From positions 263,438,001-263,502,000 of the forward strand of contig OZ024741.1 in assembly GCA_964016885.1 (NCBI GenBank): a stretch of 64,000 nt of DNA. The letters are read 5' to 3'. A program made the translations under genes and the position numbers. The stretch's first letter is position 1; every line of letters starts with the position of its first letter. Positions 1-12,909 of the stretch are shown here, piece after piece. The stretch is from Eledone cirrhosa. Taxonomy: Eukaryota. The notes below the pieces were generated by a model. It did no database searches, was not told where the DNA came from, and saw only the letters and a list, made by a program, of their open reading frames with translations.

Positions 1-480
1 GCATCCGATTCCGCGCAAATCACAGATCTTCTGGGAATTTTCATATTAAACATGATAAATAAAAAACTGTCTGAGATTACCGGTGGTTTATATAGGGACG
101 ACATTTTATTTACGGTGGTCAAACACAACAATATAGAACTAAATAGAGTAAAGAAAAGTATAATAGAATTCTTTAAAATGTACGACCTTAAATTAGAAGT
201 TGAAAATGGTACCAAAATAGTTAATTTCCTAGACGTTACCTTTAACTTAAACACTGGCTTCTATTACCCTTTTCATAAGCCCAATGAAAACTTAAACTAT
301 GTTAGTAACCATTCATATCACCCGAAATCTGTAAAAAAAAAAAAACTATAGTTAATAGTGCAAAAGCGAATTAATAAAATATCAGCCAATAAAGATATAT
401 TCGATGAAAATGCTGAATACTACAACAACGAGTTAAAAAGAGCAGGATATACGAATAATATAGAATATGTAGATAAGTAG
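1..480 (+). pseudogene. Penelope-like retroelement reverse transcriptase fragment (RT core to thumb), disrupted
   Basis: Frame 1 reads ASDSAQITDLLGIFILNM..GGLYRDD..VNFLDVTFNLNTGFYYPFHKPNENLNYVSNHSYHP. After a frameshift in the poly-A at ~333-346 it continues KRINKISANKDIFDENAEYYNNELKRAGY, which is typical PLE RT/thumb sequence. Confidence 0.85.
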
Positions 481-1770
481 AATATTTGGATTATTATTAA
501 GAAAAATAAAAACATATATAAGCGAAACTCTAATAATTATAATTCAAACACCCATATGCCAAATAAATCGAGGATACGAACTAGAACTAAATCAGTCATA
601 TTGTTCAATAACACGCTGAACATTTACACACTTAACATTATTTTACTAACTTTGATCAATACCATTATTTCTTTATCTCTCTATCTATCTTCCTTTCTAA
701 GTTTTAAATTTTAGTTTAATATCCAACCCATATATTTTTACGGATCTTATTTATAACTGAATTTTTTAACGCGTTTTTTTATCTCCTATTTATAATATGT
801 ATGTAATTATATTTTCTATATTTTTTAAATATACCTACTGCATTTATATATCCATGATTCAAATAGAGCAAATATCCAAACTATAAATTATAGACATTAT
901 CTTGAACTCTGAATTATCCATGCATTTATTATTCTTTCTCTTATATACATATATGTATTTAACTGTAACGCGTAGAACTTTATTATATAAAATTGTAACT
1001 GTTATCATCTACCTAAAGTATACTGTACCATTAATACCTAATATATATCTCTATATACCTCCCTATATATTACTATATATAATGTTTAGTTAACTTCTAA
1101 ATTTCTTGATTACGTTTACTCCGAACTAAGAATAATTAATGCATTTACACCGTTATATATAGGTGTATATTTAACCTTAACATGCATCAATCTATTATTT
1201 TGTTATCTACCTAAAATATTTATATATATATACATAATCGTTATTTAAATATTTCTAACAATAAGTAATTCACAAGCTTTACATACCTAATACGCTCAGT
1301 GTCTCCGTTAAAGATTACATTTAGGAAAATAATCAACAGTATAAACTTTCACTCCTGTTGACCAGCTAAATCCTATAAATGTTACCCACATGAAATTCAG
1401 AAGCTTTGAAATGTTAACACACTTATAGAATTTATAAAACTAATATATAAATAACCAGCAATTTAAAAAAAAAAATTTTAAATCTTGAACCTTCACCCTA
1501 TAATACCATAAATTAAATATTTTCAAAATTAACCGTTTAACTTTCGACAAAAAAAAATCTCCTTCAGCTTATTACCCCACTTTATTCAAAAATTATAGTA
1601 TCATACATCTTAATATCTATATAACTGTTATTTTAAGCAACGTTTTTCTTACTCGCACTTTCTCTGTTGAATTTATTACGTTTTCGCATTTTCTCATTAT
1701 TAGGGTATAAATGTTAAATTTTTCTTGATTAAATCTTAACCATTTAACATCTCAGGGTATGTCATGTATC

Positions 1771-1833
1771 ATTATATTTTGTCTGATGAGGACGTACAGT
1801 TGTACATCCGAAATATGTATAATAAAATGTAAT
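1771..1833 (+). ncRNA. Minimal type I hammerhead ribozyme at the PLE 3' end (pLTR)
   Basis: CTGATGA at 1783-1789; stem II GGAcGTACA/TGTACaTCC; GAAA at 1810-1813; near-palindromic stem III ATATGTAT followed by A. Stem I is ATTATATTTTGT (1771-1782) pairing with ATAAAATGTAAT (1822-1833), with G-U pairs. Confidence 0.8.
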
Positions 1834-1888
1834 TGATCAAAAGAACATCTATTTTATTAATATTTGTATTTTAATATATATATATATA

Positions 1889-2709
1889 GGCATAGGTAAA
1901 ATATAACGTCCGGGAAAGTGAAACTAATTTTTATGACAAGTGAATGTGTTTGTTTTTTAGTATTGCTTGTGTGATTATTTTTTCTTTTTCTTTTTTTGTG
2001 TATTGTGTGTACGGAAATTTATACTTACCTTATCAACATCCTTATTAGACCGTATAAATAGCTGAAATACAGTTGATCATCTCGCCAAATTTGTTGGCAC
2101 CAACTCTCTGCCGCCAAAGAAATTCAGCTAAATACGAGGGGAATAAATCGTCGCTTGTCCCATGTTGTCGACGGAGCTTTTTCTTCGCACGGCTCCAAGT
2201 GTTCTCTCGTGAGACTCTTGTCCCCATTATACAGGAATGGATTTTGCCAGGAAGCCACATCATGTCCGATGGTTGGGCTTCCTATTCTGATATTGAGGAA
2301 ATTCAAGGTGGCATTTACCTCCATGATGTTGTTGTGCACCAACGGAACTTTGTCGATCCTGAAGACCCTAATGTGCACACACAACTCATAGAGAACACTT
2401 GGAGCCGTGCGAAGAAAAAGCTCCGTCGACAACATGGGACAAGCGACGATTTATTCCCCTCGTATTTAGCTGAATTTCTTTGGCGGCAGAGAGTTGGTGC
2501 CAACAAATTTGGCGAGATGATCAACTGTATTTCAGCTATTTATACGGTCTAATAAGGATGTTGATAAGGTAAGTATAAATTTCCGTACACACAATACACA
2601 AAAAAAGAAAAAAGAAAAAATAATCACACACGCAATACTAAAAAACAAACACATTCACTTGTCATAAAAATTAGTTTCACTTTCCCGGACGTTATATTTT
2701 ACCTATGCC
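1889..2709. mobile_element. Fold-back non-autonomous Merlin (IS1595/ISXO2-like) DNA transposon derivative
   Basis: Near-perfect inverted arms at 1889-2207 and 2390-2709 with GGCATAGGTAAAATATAA termini, embedded in (TA)n. It contains a transposase C-terminus. Confidence 0.85.
2205..2552 (+). pseudogene. Merlin/IS1595-family DDE transposase C-terminal fragment
   Basis: TLVPIIQEWILPGSHIMSDGWASY..VVHQRNFVDP..VHTQLIENTWSRAK..YLAEFLWR matches the ISXO2/IS1595 motifs (SDxWxxY, HTxxIExxW, YLxEF). The N-terminus is missing. Confidence 0.85.
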
Positions 2710-2719
2710 ATATATATAT

Positions 2720-2886
2720 ATATATAGCTGTTGCACATATATACTGAAAATAGGTGTATATATATAGCTGTTGCACATATATACTGAAAATAGGTGTATA
2801 TATATATAGCTAGCTGTTGCACATATATACTGAAAATAGGTGTGTATATATATATATACACACACCTATTTTCAGTATATATGTGC
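2720..2886. repeat. Three tandem ~40-bp units plus a partial inverted copy
   Basis: TAGCTGTTGCACATATATACTGAAAATAGGTG occurs three times, followed by CACCTATTTTCAGTATATATGTGC. Confidence 0.8.
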
Positions 2887-3049
2887 GTGTATGTGAGGAT
2901 TTTGCCAGTTTTAAACAAGACAATTATTTAGCAGAGTACTCGAGATATATATATATATATAACTTTTAGAAAGCTAGCTAAGGATTGACGGGAGAGCAGG
3001 CTTATTTTAGGTTGCTCTATTTTAAAACTTTTTTCTCTCTCTCTCTCTC

Positions 3050-3107
<58 letters not shown>

Positions 3108-3830
3108 AATTCTCTGGGTGGTATTTTTAGCTATCATTTATTGAGGAGTTCTGTACATCAGCGACAAATAACCTTCTGTTTGAGATTCTATGTGTGTGTG
3201 TGTATATATATATATGAGAGAGAGTCTGCGGTGCTGAGGCCGGGGATACCAATTATGGGGCTACTCAATACATGGGAAGAGATGTGTGTGTATATTCACA
3301 CTCTCCACTCCAAACCGCCGGAACTTTTCCGTTTTGGGCTGCTATTTCTAGTATGTCGAGAGACCATGCAGACGTTCCCTCGTTAGTTCGTGGCATATAG
3401 CAGAAAGTTTAATTATATATTTTAAACATGAAATTACGATTCTGCCTCCGCAAAAACTTTTTAAAATTTCATTTATTTAAATTTTTTTTTTGGCCTGCAC
3501 TCTAACGTCCCACTCCCCACTGCCATTTCTTGAAAGAAGAATACTATAAATGTTAAGATATTCCTATAGTACACATTCTTCGCTGTCTTACAACTTCTGA
3601 AGGACAGTGAATGGCAGACAGGCTAGTAACTCGGACTAAATATCGCGTAGACATCTCGAGGTCGAACTCGGTGTCTGAAGGGGTGGGGCGCTAGGAACCA
3701 ATAAAATAAACGTGTATAGGTATCGATTCAATCGACTATAACGTGACCCTTAATGCCAATTATGTTACCCAAACATTTGGGTGGGGGAGGGTTGTTTTTT
3801 TTTTTCGATTTATCTTTCATAACAATATTC

Positions 3831-3927
3831 GAGGTTGACTTTGCCTTTCATCCTTACGGGGTCGATAAAATAAAGTACCAGTAATGAACTGGGTAATTTG
3901 CTGGCCTTGTGCCTAAAGTAGAAACAA
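3831..3927 (+). mobile_element. SINE fragment with a Nin/Deu-like central domain
   Basis: GACTTTGCCTTTCATCCTTACGGGGTCGATAAAATAAAGTACCAG is shared with more than 10 copies in this window. Confidence 0.75.
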
Positions 3928-4188
3928 ATATTAAGTAGTACATATGTATGTATGTGCGTGTGTCTCGGGTTCAACCAAGGATAATTATGAAACTTCTAGT
4001 CCTGTAGAAGCCATTTCTATATTAAACTTGATTATATATATAGTAATAATAAAATCTGAAGACTGAAATCCGAAGAGGGTTCGATAAGGATAATATATAT
4101 ATATATATATAAAATATTTTAGTTTCAGAAGATCCCGTTATGGGTGAAAGCAGCGATTCTTTGCTTAAACTTTAATCTGTTATCTTAA

Positions 4189-4224
<36 letters not shown>

Positions 4225-6102
4225 GTGGAGAATTATATATGACAGTATATTTTTAAAATAGATTTTTTTTTGGGGGGGGGGGGAATACAGACAACACAGA
4301 GCAAATATAATCAAAAATAGAGATGCAAAAAATTAGTTTTAAAGCATTTGTAATAATAAAAATGCTATATATATAATATCAGGATTAAACCAGTATTAAA
4401 CTACTCAGACCATCATTCAACAGGGTACTCGATACTTCGGATAGTAGAGTGACTACACACATACACTTTCTCTCTTTTCAACATTTAGATACTTTTCCAA
4501 ACTGCAGACTATATGTCTTGAAATAGAAATAACTATAGTTATATGAAATTGTAGGAAATTATTTCCAAATATTTTATTTTTGAAAGAAGTTTCGGCGCTG
4601 AAAGCATCTTCGAACTAACCATGCTTGTATTTATTCTCTCTTTGACTCTTTTAGTGGATTCAGTGACTGCACTGCGGCAGTGTTTTCAAGAACACCATGA
4701 TTCCGACAAACAAGGTGACTTTTAAAAAATATCTAATAAAAATGTTATTATATTTTTAGATATATAACAAGGGCTACCCAGGTTGGCGAAAATCATATAA
4801 GGTTTCCACGGGAAAATAGTTTAAGAGAGCCAGTACTCGTGGTCTGAAGAAGAAAAATGTGAGGAACAAACACTGATTAATTCAAAACTGGAATAACTTT
4901 GGCCATGGGACTAAACAAATTTAAGTTAAATTTGTACGCTGGGGGAAGACATGAATTTTAACCTCTTGTGCAAGGTTTTCGGAAGGTCCTGCCCTCAACG
5001 TTAAAATACACGATTCCTAATGTCAGGAATTTATTTAAATCATCAGTCTTTAATCCTTTAGTTACCATATTCCTAATGAAAGACACTGCTAGTGATCTAA
5101 AAAAAAAATAATAATTTTGAAAGTAATCAAACATTCGGACGGATTAAGTATCTATAACTTTCTCATTAAGCTGGTATAACGGATTTGTACCGTAGGGTCA
5201 GGGAGTGTCAAAAAGGTGAAGTTTTACAAAGAACACAGACATACACGAGTGTGTATATATATATATATATAAATTAGATAAATATAAATACTTTAAAATA
5301 AACAGATTGTACCGTAGAACCAGGGCCGGTTTAGCGACAAATAGGTGAAGTTTTACAAAAAACACTGACACATACAAGAGTTTTGGGGGGTTTTTTTCGT
5401 TCGTTACCTGACGAATAATTTAATACATGATTTATAAATATATAATCTAATAATATACAAACTAAATATTGCTTTTAAAAAATAATTTATTGGAAATATT
5501 AAACATTCCCTTCTAAATAGTCTCTAATTCAACGATAACAGACCGCATTTTGCATTGGAAAGCAAATTCTTTAAAATTAACTAAATACCGACTGTTAAAG
5601 GCTTTAAAAACAACGACTAAAAGCAACCTTCTGTGTGTATTCGTTTTAAATGTTAGAAGTGTAGTTATGTGTTAAGATGTTGAATTAATAAGTACAGTTT
5701 AAAGATATATTAAAACACGTGAATTACCTGTCGAAGAATTCCATTTTATCTCCCATTGAAAATGAAACTAAGACGGTGTAACACTGCATTAAGTCTCGGA
5801 TAACTTTTTTTCCGACAAGCTATAATATCTTGTGCCAAAATAGATATTAAATAAACAATTTTCCCAATTTCTTTCTTTTTTGTTTTAGTTATCCTAACTC
5901 AGGTTTTTTTTTTTCTTGCTTTCTTTTTTAACAAAACATAAATTGTTTCCACACATTTAGAGAAAGCATATTTTAGTTACGTTTCTTGAAGCTTTGCTTT
6001 CAAATCCCACCGTTGCTTTACTTTCTCCTTGGGTTAATAAAATAACTATCAACATTTGTGACCTTATGTCAATATTAGAAATCGAAGTCCTCATTATTAT
6101 TC

Positions 6103-6350
6103 GCCGAGGTCAACTTTGTCTTTCATCCTCCCGACGTCGATAAAATAAAGTACCAGCTAAGTACCGGGGTAGATGTAATTGACTTTACCCTTTCCTCCAA
6201 ATTGCTGATCATCTACCCCAGTACTTAACTGGTACTTTATTTTATAAATCCCGGAAAGTTGACTTTGATGGGATTTGAACTCAGAATGCAGACAACCAGA
6301 ACGAATACTGCAAAGCATTCTACCTGACGCTCTACTTATTTTGTCAATCC
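6103..6350. mobile_element. Two Nin-like SINE copies in inverted orientation
   Basis: A plus copy at ~6103-6210 and a minus copy at ~6212-6350; the minus copy has a B-box (GATTTGAAC on the plus strand). Confidence 0.7.
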
Positions 6351-6379
6351 CCTGCTTTCTGACTTCTTAAAAATATTAA

Positions 6380-6640
6380 GTATGTCTTGAGCCCGGAGGC
6401 TCATTAAGCCGATGCTTATTCCGGTTTCTGTGGCATTAAGTGATTGAGAATACCAGACTCCCCCCTGTCCAGGACGCCAGTCCATCGTAGGGTCAAATCA
6501 CCAGCTATTGCTGGTACTCATTTCAGCAGAATACACTGGAGAGACATGAAATAAAGTGTTTTGTTCAAGAACACAACACACAACCCAGTCCATGAGTTGA
6601 ACCCACGAAATTCAACACCTTTACCACTAGGCCACGCGCC
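6380..6640 (-). mobile_element. tRNA-derived SINE with a V-domain-like region
   Basis: The minus strand has a tRNA-like head GGCGCGTGGCCTAGTGGTAA..GGTTCAACTC and CCCTACGATGGACTGGCGTCCTGGACAGGGG; it is homologous to 6791-7045. Confidence 0.65.
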
Positions 6641-6790
6641 TCCACTTAATAACTGTTTCTACTTTTGGCACAAGGACAGAAAATTCCTTCACACTTCTGC
6701 AACCTCATCACCGCCACAACTTCACTACATCTGTCAGTGGCCAGATTACAGACGCGCGACGAAACCTTTAGACATTTCATAATAGGTGAA

Positions 6791-7045
6791 GGCGCGTTGC
6801 CTAGTGGTAAGGGTGTTAGACTTGCGATCATAATGTCATGGGTTCGATTCCTGATCCGAGATGTGTATTCTGTTCTTGAGCAAAACATTTTACGTTGCTC
6901 CAATATACTCAGTTAAAAAAAAGAGCACCAGCAATAGCTGGAGGTTTCACCCTCAGATGGACGGGCGTCCTGTCCTGAGTTACTTCATGCCATGGAAACT
7001 GGGAAAAGCACCGCCTTGATGAGCCTCCTGGTTCGAGACAAACTT
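6791..7045 (+). mobile_element. tRNA-derived SINE with a V-domain-like region
   Basis: A-box GCCTAGTGG, B-box GGTTCGATTCC, and CCCTCAGATGGACGGGCGTCCTGTCC; the 3' tail matches the copy at 6380-6640. Confidence 0.65.
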
Positions 7046-7307
7046 TAGATTTCATCGTAGAATGGGTAATGCTATTAAAGTATAAACAACACGTCCGTTT
7101 TGGGAGAGATCAGGGGCATTTAGTGACTGCCAGGATGTCTGGAGTGGTAACCCCTTCAACTGTTTGGACTGTCATGGGAAGATCATCATGATTAATGTGT
7201 GTGTGTGTGCGTGTATGTTAGATAATTAGATAGAAATACCATTATTTAGTACCTCAACAATCATATAATAAATATTAATACCGTTAAGATGTTAATATAA
7301 TAAATAT

Positions 7308-7510
7308 TGGTTTCTGATTTAGGCAGAAGGCCAACAATTTTGGGGGAAGGGAAAGTCAACTAAATCGACCCAGCACAGGTACTTTATTTTATCGACCTCG
7401 TAAAGATGAAAGGTAAAGTTAACCTCAGTAGGATTTTAACTCAGACGGAAACGACAGTAACTCTATGCCACAAAGCATGTTGTCCGACGCTCCACCGATA
7501 CTGCCAATCA
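7308..7510 (-). mobile_element. Nin-like SINE
   Basis: Reverse complement of the family head, core and tail. Confidence 0.7.
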
Positions 7511-7877
7511 ATGACCCTAAAATAATATTAACCCTTTTGTTATCATATAACAAATATTAACCGTTAAGATGTTGATATAATAAATATTTTAATGCCGTTT
7601 AATATCCGATATTTTTTGTTAGCTTACATTTCTTCTATTTATTTAGTTATATTTTTAGTTTTTACCCAAACTAAAAATAGCTGAGCCATTAAATAATTGT
7701 TCATTGTAGCTTATATTAATAGAAAAAATGTCGAGCTAAAGTCTAACATAGAAAACGGCGCACCCTAACAATACAATCATACACATTTTTTACCGCCAAA
7801 CTATTTCCTGGCGTTAACTGTAGCAGATATTCTCGTAAATCCGGCCACGACGACGTTATCGTTAAAACACAATAAAA

Positions 7878-8470
7878 GGCGGTGGATTGGCAGAATCGGT
7901 AGAGCGCTGGACAAAATGTCTTACTGTAATTTAAATATGACTCTCTAGGTTCAAATCCCGTCGAAGTCAACTTTACCTTTTTTTTTGGGGGGGGGGGGGG
8001 GGGTATAATAAAGTACCAGTTAAGTACTAGGGTCGATACTATAATATTATAATCGTCTTTCTCTTCCCAAATTGGTGGTCTGTGTCTTTGGCAGAATCGG
8101 TAGTGTCGGACAAAATACTTACTTGTGGTGACGTTCACTCGGGGTGGATTGAACCGGCTCTATCGAGGGAATTTACGGTGTAAGTTTCTTCAATCCAAGC
8201 AATCGGTTATAGTGCCGAGTTTTTGCTTTCACACCCAAACCAATTTGGTGGAGCAAGTGCTGCGACGGGGAGTTTGGCTGGCAGAGGTGATAAATACAAC
8301 CTATTTGAGGCCAGAAGGAGCTCACCCCACTGCCCATCTCAGGGATACTAACAAACGGCATCATCGACAAAATGCCATGCTGTAATTTAGTTATGGCTTT
8401 CTACATTCTAAGTTCAAATCCTGCCGAAGTCAACTTTACCGTTCATTTTTCCGGGGTCGATGAAATAAAA
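7878..8470 (+). mobile_element. Two tandem Nin-like SINEs, the second interrupted by a 249-bp insertion
   Basis: Heads TTGGCAGAATCGGTAG at ~7887 and ~8088, B-box GTTCAAATCC. The insertion at 8117-8365 is flanked by a GACAAAAT duplication. Confidence 0.7.
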
Positions 8471-9553
8471 GGCTGGACTTTCAGCTGTTGAGGCCCTACT
8501 TTTTTATGATTTAGTTTTAAAGAATAAAAACTAATGATAAAATTTAAAAAAAGTTTTTTAAATGAGCCCACCACCACCAAAGCTATTATAACGGCGGCGA
8601 AGATTCGAAACCGAATCTGAGCTTTCCCGCCTCTGGGACAAGCCGTGGTAACTTGTTTACGCTCAGGAGACTAACCCCTTGGGAGAGGCTAAACACAGGT
8701 CAGAGGTGTTTACGCTTGGCAAACTAATCCCTTGGGAGACTAACCAAAGTTCAGAGGATATATCTATCCTTCTAACTTCAACTCTTATAAAGACAGGGAT
8801 TGTTTACGCCAAAAATAGAAAAGAAGTGGATACAGACAAGACGAGACGTTTTTACAGGCTCTGTCACGAAAAACCAGTCTGCCATTTATTCTCACCTTCT
8901 TGGCTGATCGCTGACTCCTGCAATACAAATAAGTAAATATACTGATACGCCGCACACACGCATTCATAGTGAGTCCAACATTTGTACACGCACCATTCAT
9001 TTCTGTTTACACATATTATAATCGTATTCTGTGATATTTGAATTTACGTGGCTCGAAGAGCCACCAAATTATTGTATGAATATTTTGTGTCAATTATTTT
9101 ATCATTATTTTATTATTCAAATTGAATATTGCTGTAATAAAATAAACTTTGTAACAACACAATCCTGGTATTTTTATTTACACCGAAACCACCATACCAA
9201 CAGTTACATCCATCCATCCACTTGTCGTTACAACCACACATAATATTCCGTTACACTATTGATTATTTAGCTTATAGTTAAGTCCAGCACTGGTAGTTAA
9301 GTACTGAGATAGATATTGTAATCGCCTTTCTGACCTTGTGCCTTTGGCAGAATCGGTAGAGCGCCGGAAAAAATGCCTTGCAGTATTTAGATAGGACATT
9401 CTAAGTTCAAATCCCGCCGAAGCCAACTTTACCTTTCGTTGTTCCGGGGGTCGATGAAATAAACTACTAGTTACCGTATTTCCCGTCGTTGAAGACACTC
9501 AGCCCTCGAGGACGTACCTCCCAATTTTGACAACCAAAAATAAAAAAAATAAT

Positions 9554-9735
9554 AATTGTTTCTACTATTGGCACAAGGCCAGCAATTATCCCATTGCATT
9601 ACTGGTGCTTTATTTTATCGACTCCGTAAGGATGAAAGGCAAAGTTAATCTCGGCGGGATTTGAACTCAGACCACAAAGGGGCGTAACTTTATGCGGGAA
9701 AGCATAGCGTCCGACCCTCTACCGATACTGCCAAT
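9554..9735 (-). mobile_element. Nin-like SINE nested in the pogo element
   Basis: Full family sequence on the minus strand. Confidence 0.75.
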
Positions 9736-10289
9736 TAAACATAAAAATAAGGTCCTGGCACTTCAGGTTTTGTTACCTTTACAAATGCAATGATAGAGCA
9801 TCACTTTAACCTCCAGCACGCCACTTAGAATGTTCCTAGCATTTATTTTGGCTGTTCGTCCTAACCCTTATTTAGGCTATCTCTTATGTTGGCTAATCGT
9901 CACTGTCTGACGTTGTGACCCCACACTCACGTCAGTAAAACTAACAAAAGGTTGCACTCACCTACCTTACTAATTTCTTTTCCGGGGCCGTCAGTACAGA
10001 GACATGGTATGGTAAGTTTACTCTCAAAATTTATACCTACTGATATGTACCCACGGTCAGGGTTGGATTTAGACCTTGGTGGGGGCCCGGGGCACTTCAG
10101 GTTTGTGGGGGAGGGTGCTCATACACAAAATATTTAGTTGAAGGTGGAGGATATTCGTTCGGATGACACACATTTCCTCTTCTTTCCAGAAATTATTTCT
10201 GGAAAGGAAATCCATCCACCCATCCATCTGCGCGCGCGCGCAAGCCAGGAAAAATATTTCACTCTTCAAATACTGAAAACCGACTGCTG

Positions 10290-11533
10290 TCATCCATATC
10301 CCCGAAAACCAGAAAATTCCCTGGTGTTATCCATATCACTGACATCATCAGGGTCGGCAATACTGACCAAAGTGTCATCATCTTCTATGCCATCTAATAT
10401 ATTACTTGTGCCACCTTTTTTTAAAACACTTTTTACTACTATTGCAATTTCCACAGCGTTCCGTGATTTCAGGACCCACTGGCACACTTGAGCAACTGTT
10501 GGCCTTTTCAAACGACCTGTTGGTGTAAGGTCATTGTTCATGGCCCACATCCACTAATTCCACTCTTCTTTCATAAATACCTTAAAGGGTTAGTTAATTG
10601 ATACGTCCAGGGGTTGTTATTGGCTTGTTAAATCACCAGGGGTCACTACCATTTTCGTTTTCAATTTCTGTACTTTTCTTTAATAGTCTTTGTTTTGTAG
10701 GCACGAAACAGGTCCCACACAAGAGGGGACGTTTTTATTTTATTTTATTAAGGAGGCCACCGGAACGCCTTGTGCAGACCTTATCTAACCGTAACTTCAC
10801 TCCCTCTTCATCCATCAAAAATTCCACGTGGAATTTTGTCTCTTGGTAAATTTTTCCTCTTGGAAATAAGGGGCGATGTCAGTTTTGTTTCATCAGCACA
10901 ACACGATAGTACCGCAGTATAATGGGTTTTCTCATGACCAGATGTCTTTACACTTACTGTTTTGGACACTTTAACATTCACTGTTCTATTTGTTAGCACC
11001 TCATCCATGTTTCCGATCTCACCCAGTGCCTAGTCAATCTCTTTTCTTGCACTGATTATGAATATATGAAATTCGATTATTTTGTAATCATAATCTTCAG
11101 GTATTTTTTGTCCTATTCTTGTTTTCATTCTCATTGCTAGTCCACGCTTTTTCATAAATCTGTAATACCAGCTTGATGTGCCACGAAAATCATCCAGACT
11201 TCATGTTGCACCCTTCACTTTTGATTAATTAAAAATCGTTTTTGTTGATACTACAAGACCCGAATTTCTCTCCGCAACTATTCACTCCATCACTTGCTCC
11301 AGTTCTGGCCACTTAGCTGCAGACAGATGCAGGTTACGTTTAAGTCTTGATGCAGGCTTCAACAGATCCTCTTGTTTCCCCCAATAGCAGATAATGTTTT
11401 CAATTGGAGGTGCTCCAAAATGCCTCTCTGCAGTCGTGTTGCCATGCTGTTTGGCATATTTAATCACTTCTAGCTTGTTGCCGATTGTGTATCTTCTGCT
11501 TGATGTTACCATATTACCAGCAGTGCTAAACAT
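10290..11533 (-). pseudogene. pogo transposase pseudogene (Brinker-like DBD, CENP-B HTH, DDE_1)
   Basis: Fragments YTIGNKLEVIKYAKQHGNTTAERHFG, AAKWPELEQ, MDE..KTSGHEKTHYTAVLSCCAD, QPLDVSIN and TPTGRLKRPTVAQVCQWV, with several stops, frameshifts and deletions. Confidence 0.85.
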
Positions 11534-12305
11534 TTCAAATCAAATCTTCTGAAGTTACGGATCACCCCTAACATCAGCAGGTCCGGGTTTGAACTGGTTA
11601 AGACCATGGCTTTCAGAGATCAAATACGGAGGCTATGTTTCTGACTGAACACAACACGTTTCATCACAGTGTGTGAGTAAATGATTACGATAATGTTGTT
11701 ATTAATATTTGCTGGTAAACTCTTTTAACATACCGCAGTTTTACTTCTTTTGTCTCTTAATAACGTTCCCTTAAGATCAGGTTATTTGAAGAGAGAGATG
11801 ATACCGGCAACATTGATACAGATCTAAAAATATCACTCGTTAGTTGCCTCGTCTACCATACTCTGCCTATACAGGAATAAATTTTTGTGATTGCGTTTAT
11901 ATTTTTTCAAATTTTCTATGATACTTTAACTAAGTCTAATTTATACACTTCAGTGAGAAGTCATACACAGGAGTTTAGATTACTGTCTAGCATAGATAAT
12001 TAAAATTTCCCTCTGGGGTTAGAACAAAGGTGGGGAACCTTTTCATGTTGAAAGACCGCATTAAGTTACTTGTAATATAATAAGGCCGCATTCAAGAAAC
12101 CATAATTATATATTCTTAAAATCTACAGTATTTTGTAAACATTTAATTAACATGTACTAATTATCTACAAAACGAAACAAATTTAATTTTAAAGCTAACT
12201 ACCTTTTATTGACTTTGTTGTGACTGCTTGTTATTATTCTTTTAAATGGCCGCACAGATTGGCATAAGGCCGTAAGTTCCCCATCTTTGGGTTGGGATGT
12301 CATTA

Positions 12306-12460
12306 TCGGTCGAGGGTCGGACATGCTTTCCAGCATAGTTACGTCCCTTTACGATCTGAGTTCAAATCCCGCCGAGGTTAACTTTGCCTTTCATTCATAC
12401 AGAGGTCGATAAAATAAAGTACCAGTAATTGCTGGCCTTGTGCCAAAAGTAGAAACAATT
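12306..12460 (+). mobile_element. Nin-like SINE nested in the pogo element
   Basis: B-box GAGTTCAAATCCC, core, and tail GCTGGCCTTGTGCCAAAAGTAGAAACAA. Confidence 0.75.
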
Positions 12461-12659
12461 ATGAGAAACACAACCTTCGACCTCTAGGTCGCATGGTAGA
12501 TTTTCGAGATTTATTTTAAGAAAAAAAAAAATAGCCGGGGAATACGGTAAGAACTGTGATCGATATTAGAATGGCCTTTCTCCCGGCGCCACACCTCCAA
12601 ATTGATGGCCTTGTAACAATGTTAAAACGCCTCCCCCCAATTTGATGGCCATGTCACAA

Positions 12660-12909
12660 TCATAATATAATAAAAGCCATATGTATTTGTCCGTAACGCA
12701 TTAGAGATGACTGAGGAAGGAAGAGGTGATTACGTTGACTGAGGAGGGGGGGGGGGTATGTGATGACTGAGGAAGAAAGTGGGGTGAGAAACTATAGAAG
12801 TCCAGCGTTCTCAGATTTGTCACAACTGTCAACAAACAAACATCTCTTTTTTATATTATGTATAGATATTACAATTAGCCGTCATTTTTTTACGGCACGA
12901 GCCAGCTAG
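12660..12909 (+). mobile_element. Small non-autonomous Helitron (~250 bp)
   Basis: 5' TCATAATATAATAAAAG; 3' hairpin GCCGT..ACGGC then CTAG; inserted at A^T. The rejoined flanks GTCACAA|TGTTAAA match the upstream duplicate GTAACAATGTTAAA. Confidence 0.7.

Larger units (their letters stand above)
9474..12547 (-). mobile_element. pogo-superfamily (POGK/Passer-like) DNA transposon, decayed
   Basis: Termini TA|CCGTATTTCCCG...CGGGGAATACGG|TA with a TA target duplication. It splits a SINE (..CTAGTTA | AGAACTGTGATCGAT..). Confidence 0.8.

Noticed and set aside
2073-2552. Intact 159-aa transposase CDS
   Set aside because: The first ~44 residues are the antisense reading of the inverted arm, so only a C-terminal fragment is real.
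4585-4620. Minus-strand hammerhead-like TCGAAGATG..CCGAAAC
   Set aside because: The core is mutated and the stems are unconvincing.
6791-6860. tRNA gene
   Set aside because: The acceptor stem is imperfect and the sequence continues into a SINE body, so it is a SINE head.
8862-9157. Possible solo LTR (TGTCAC...GTAACA with AATAAA)
   Set aside because: No TSD and no second copy in the window.
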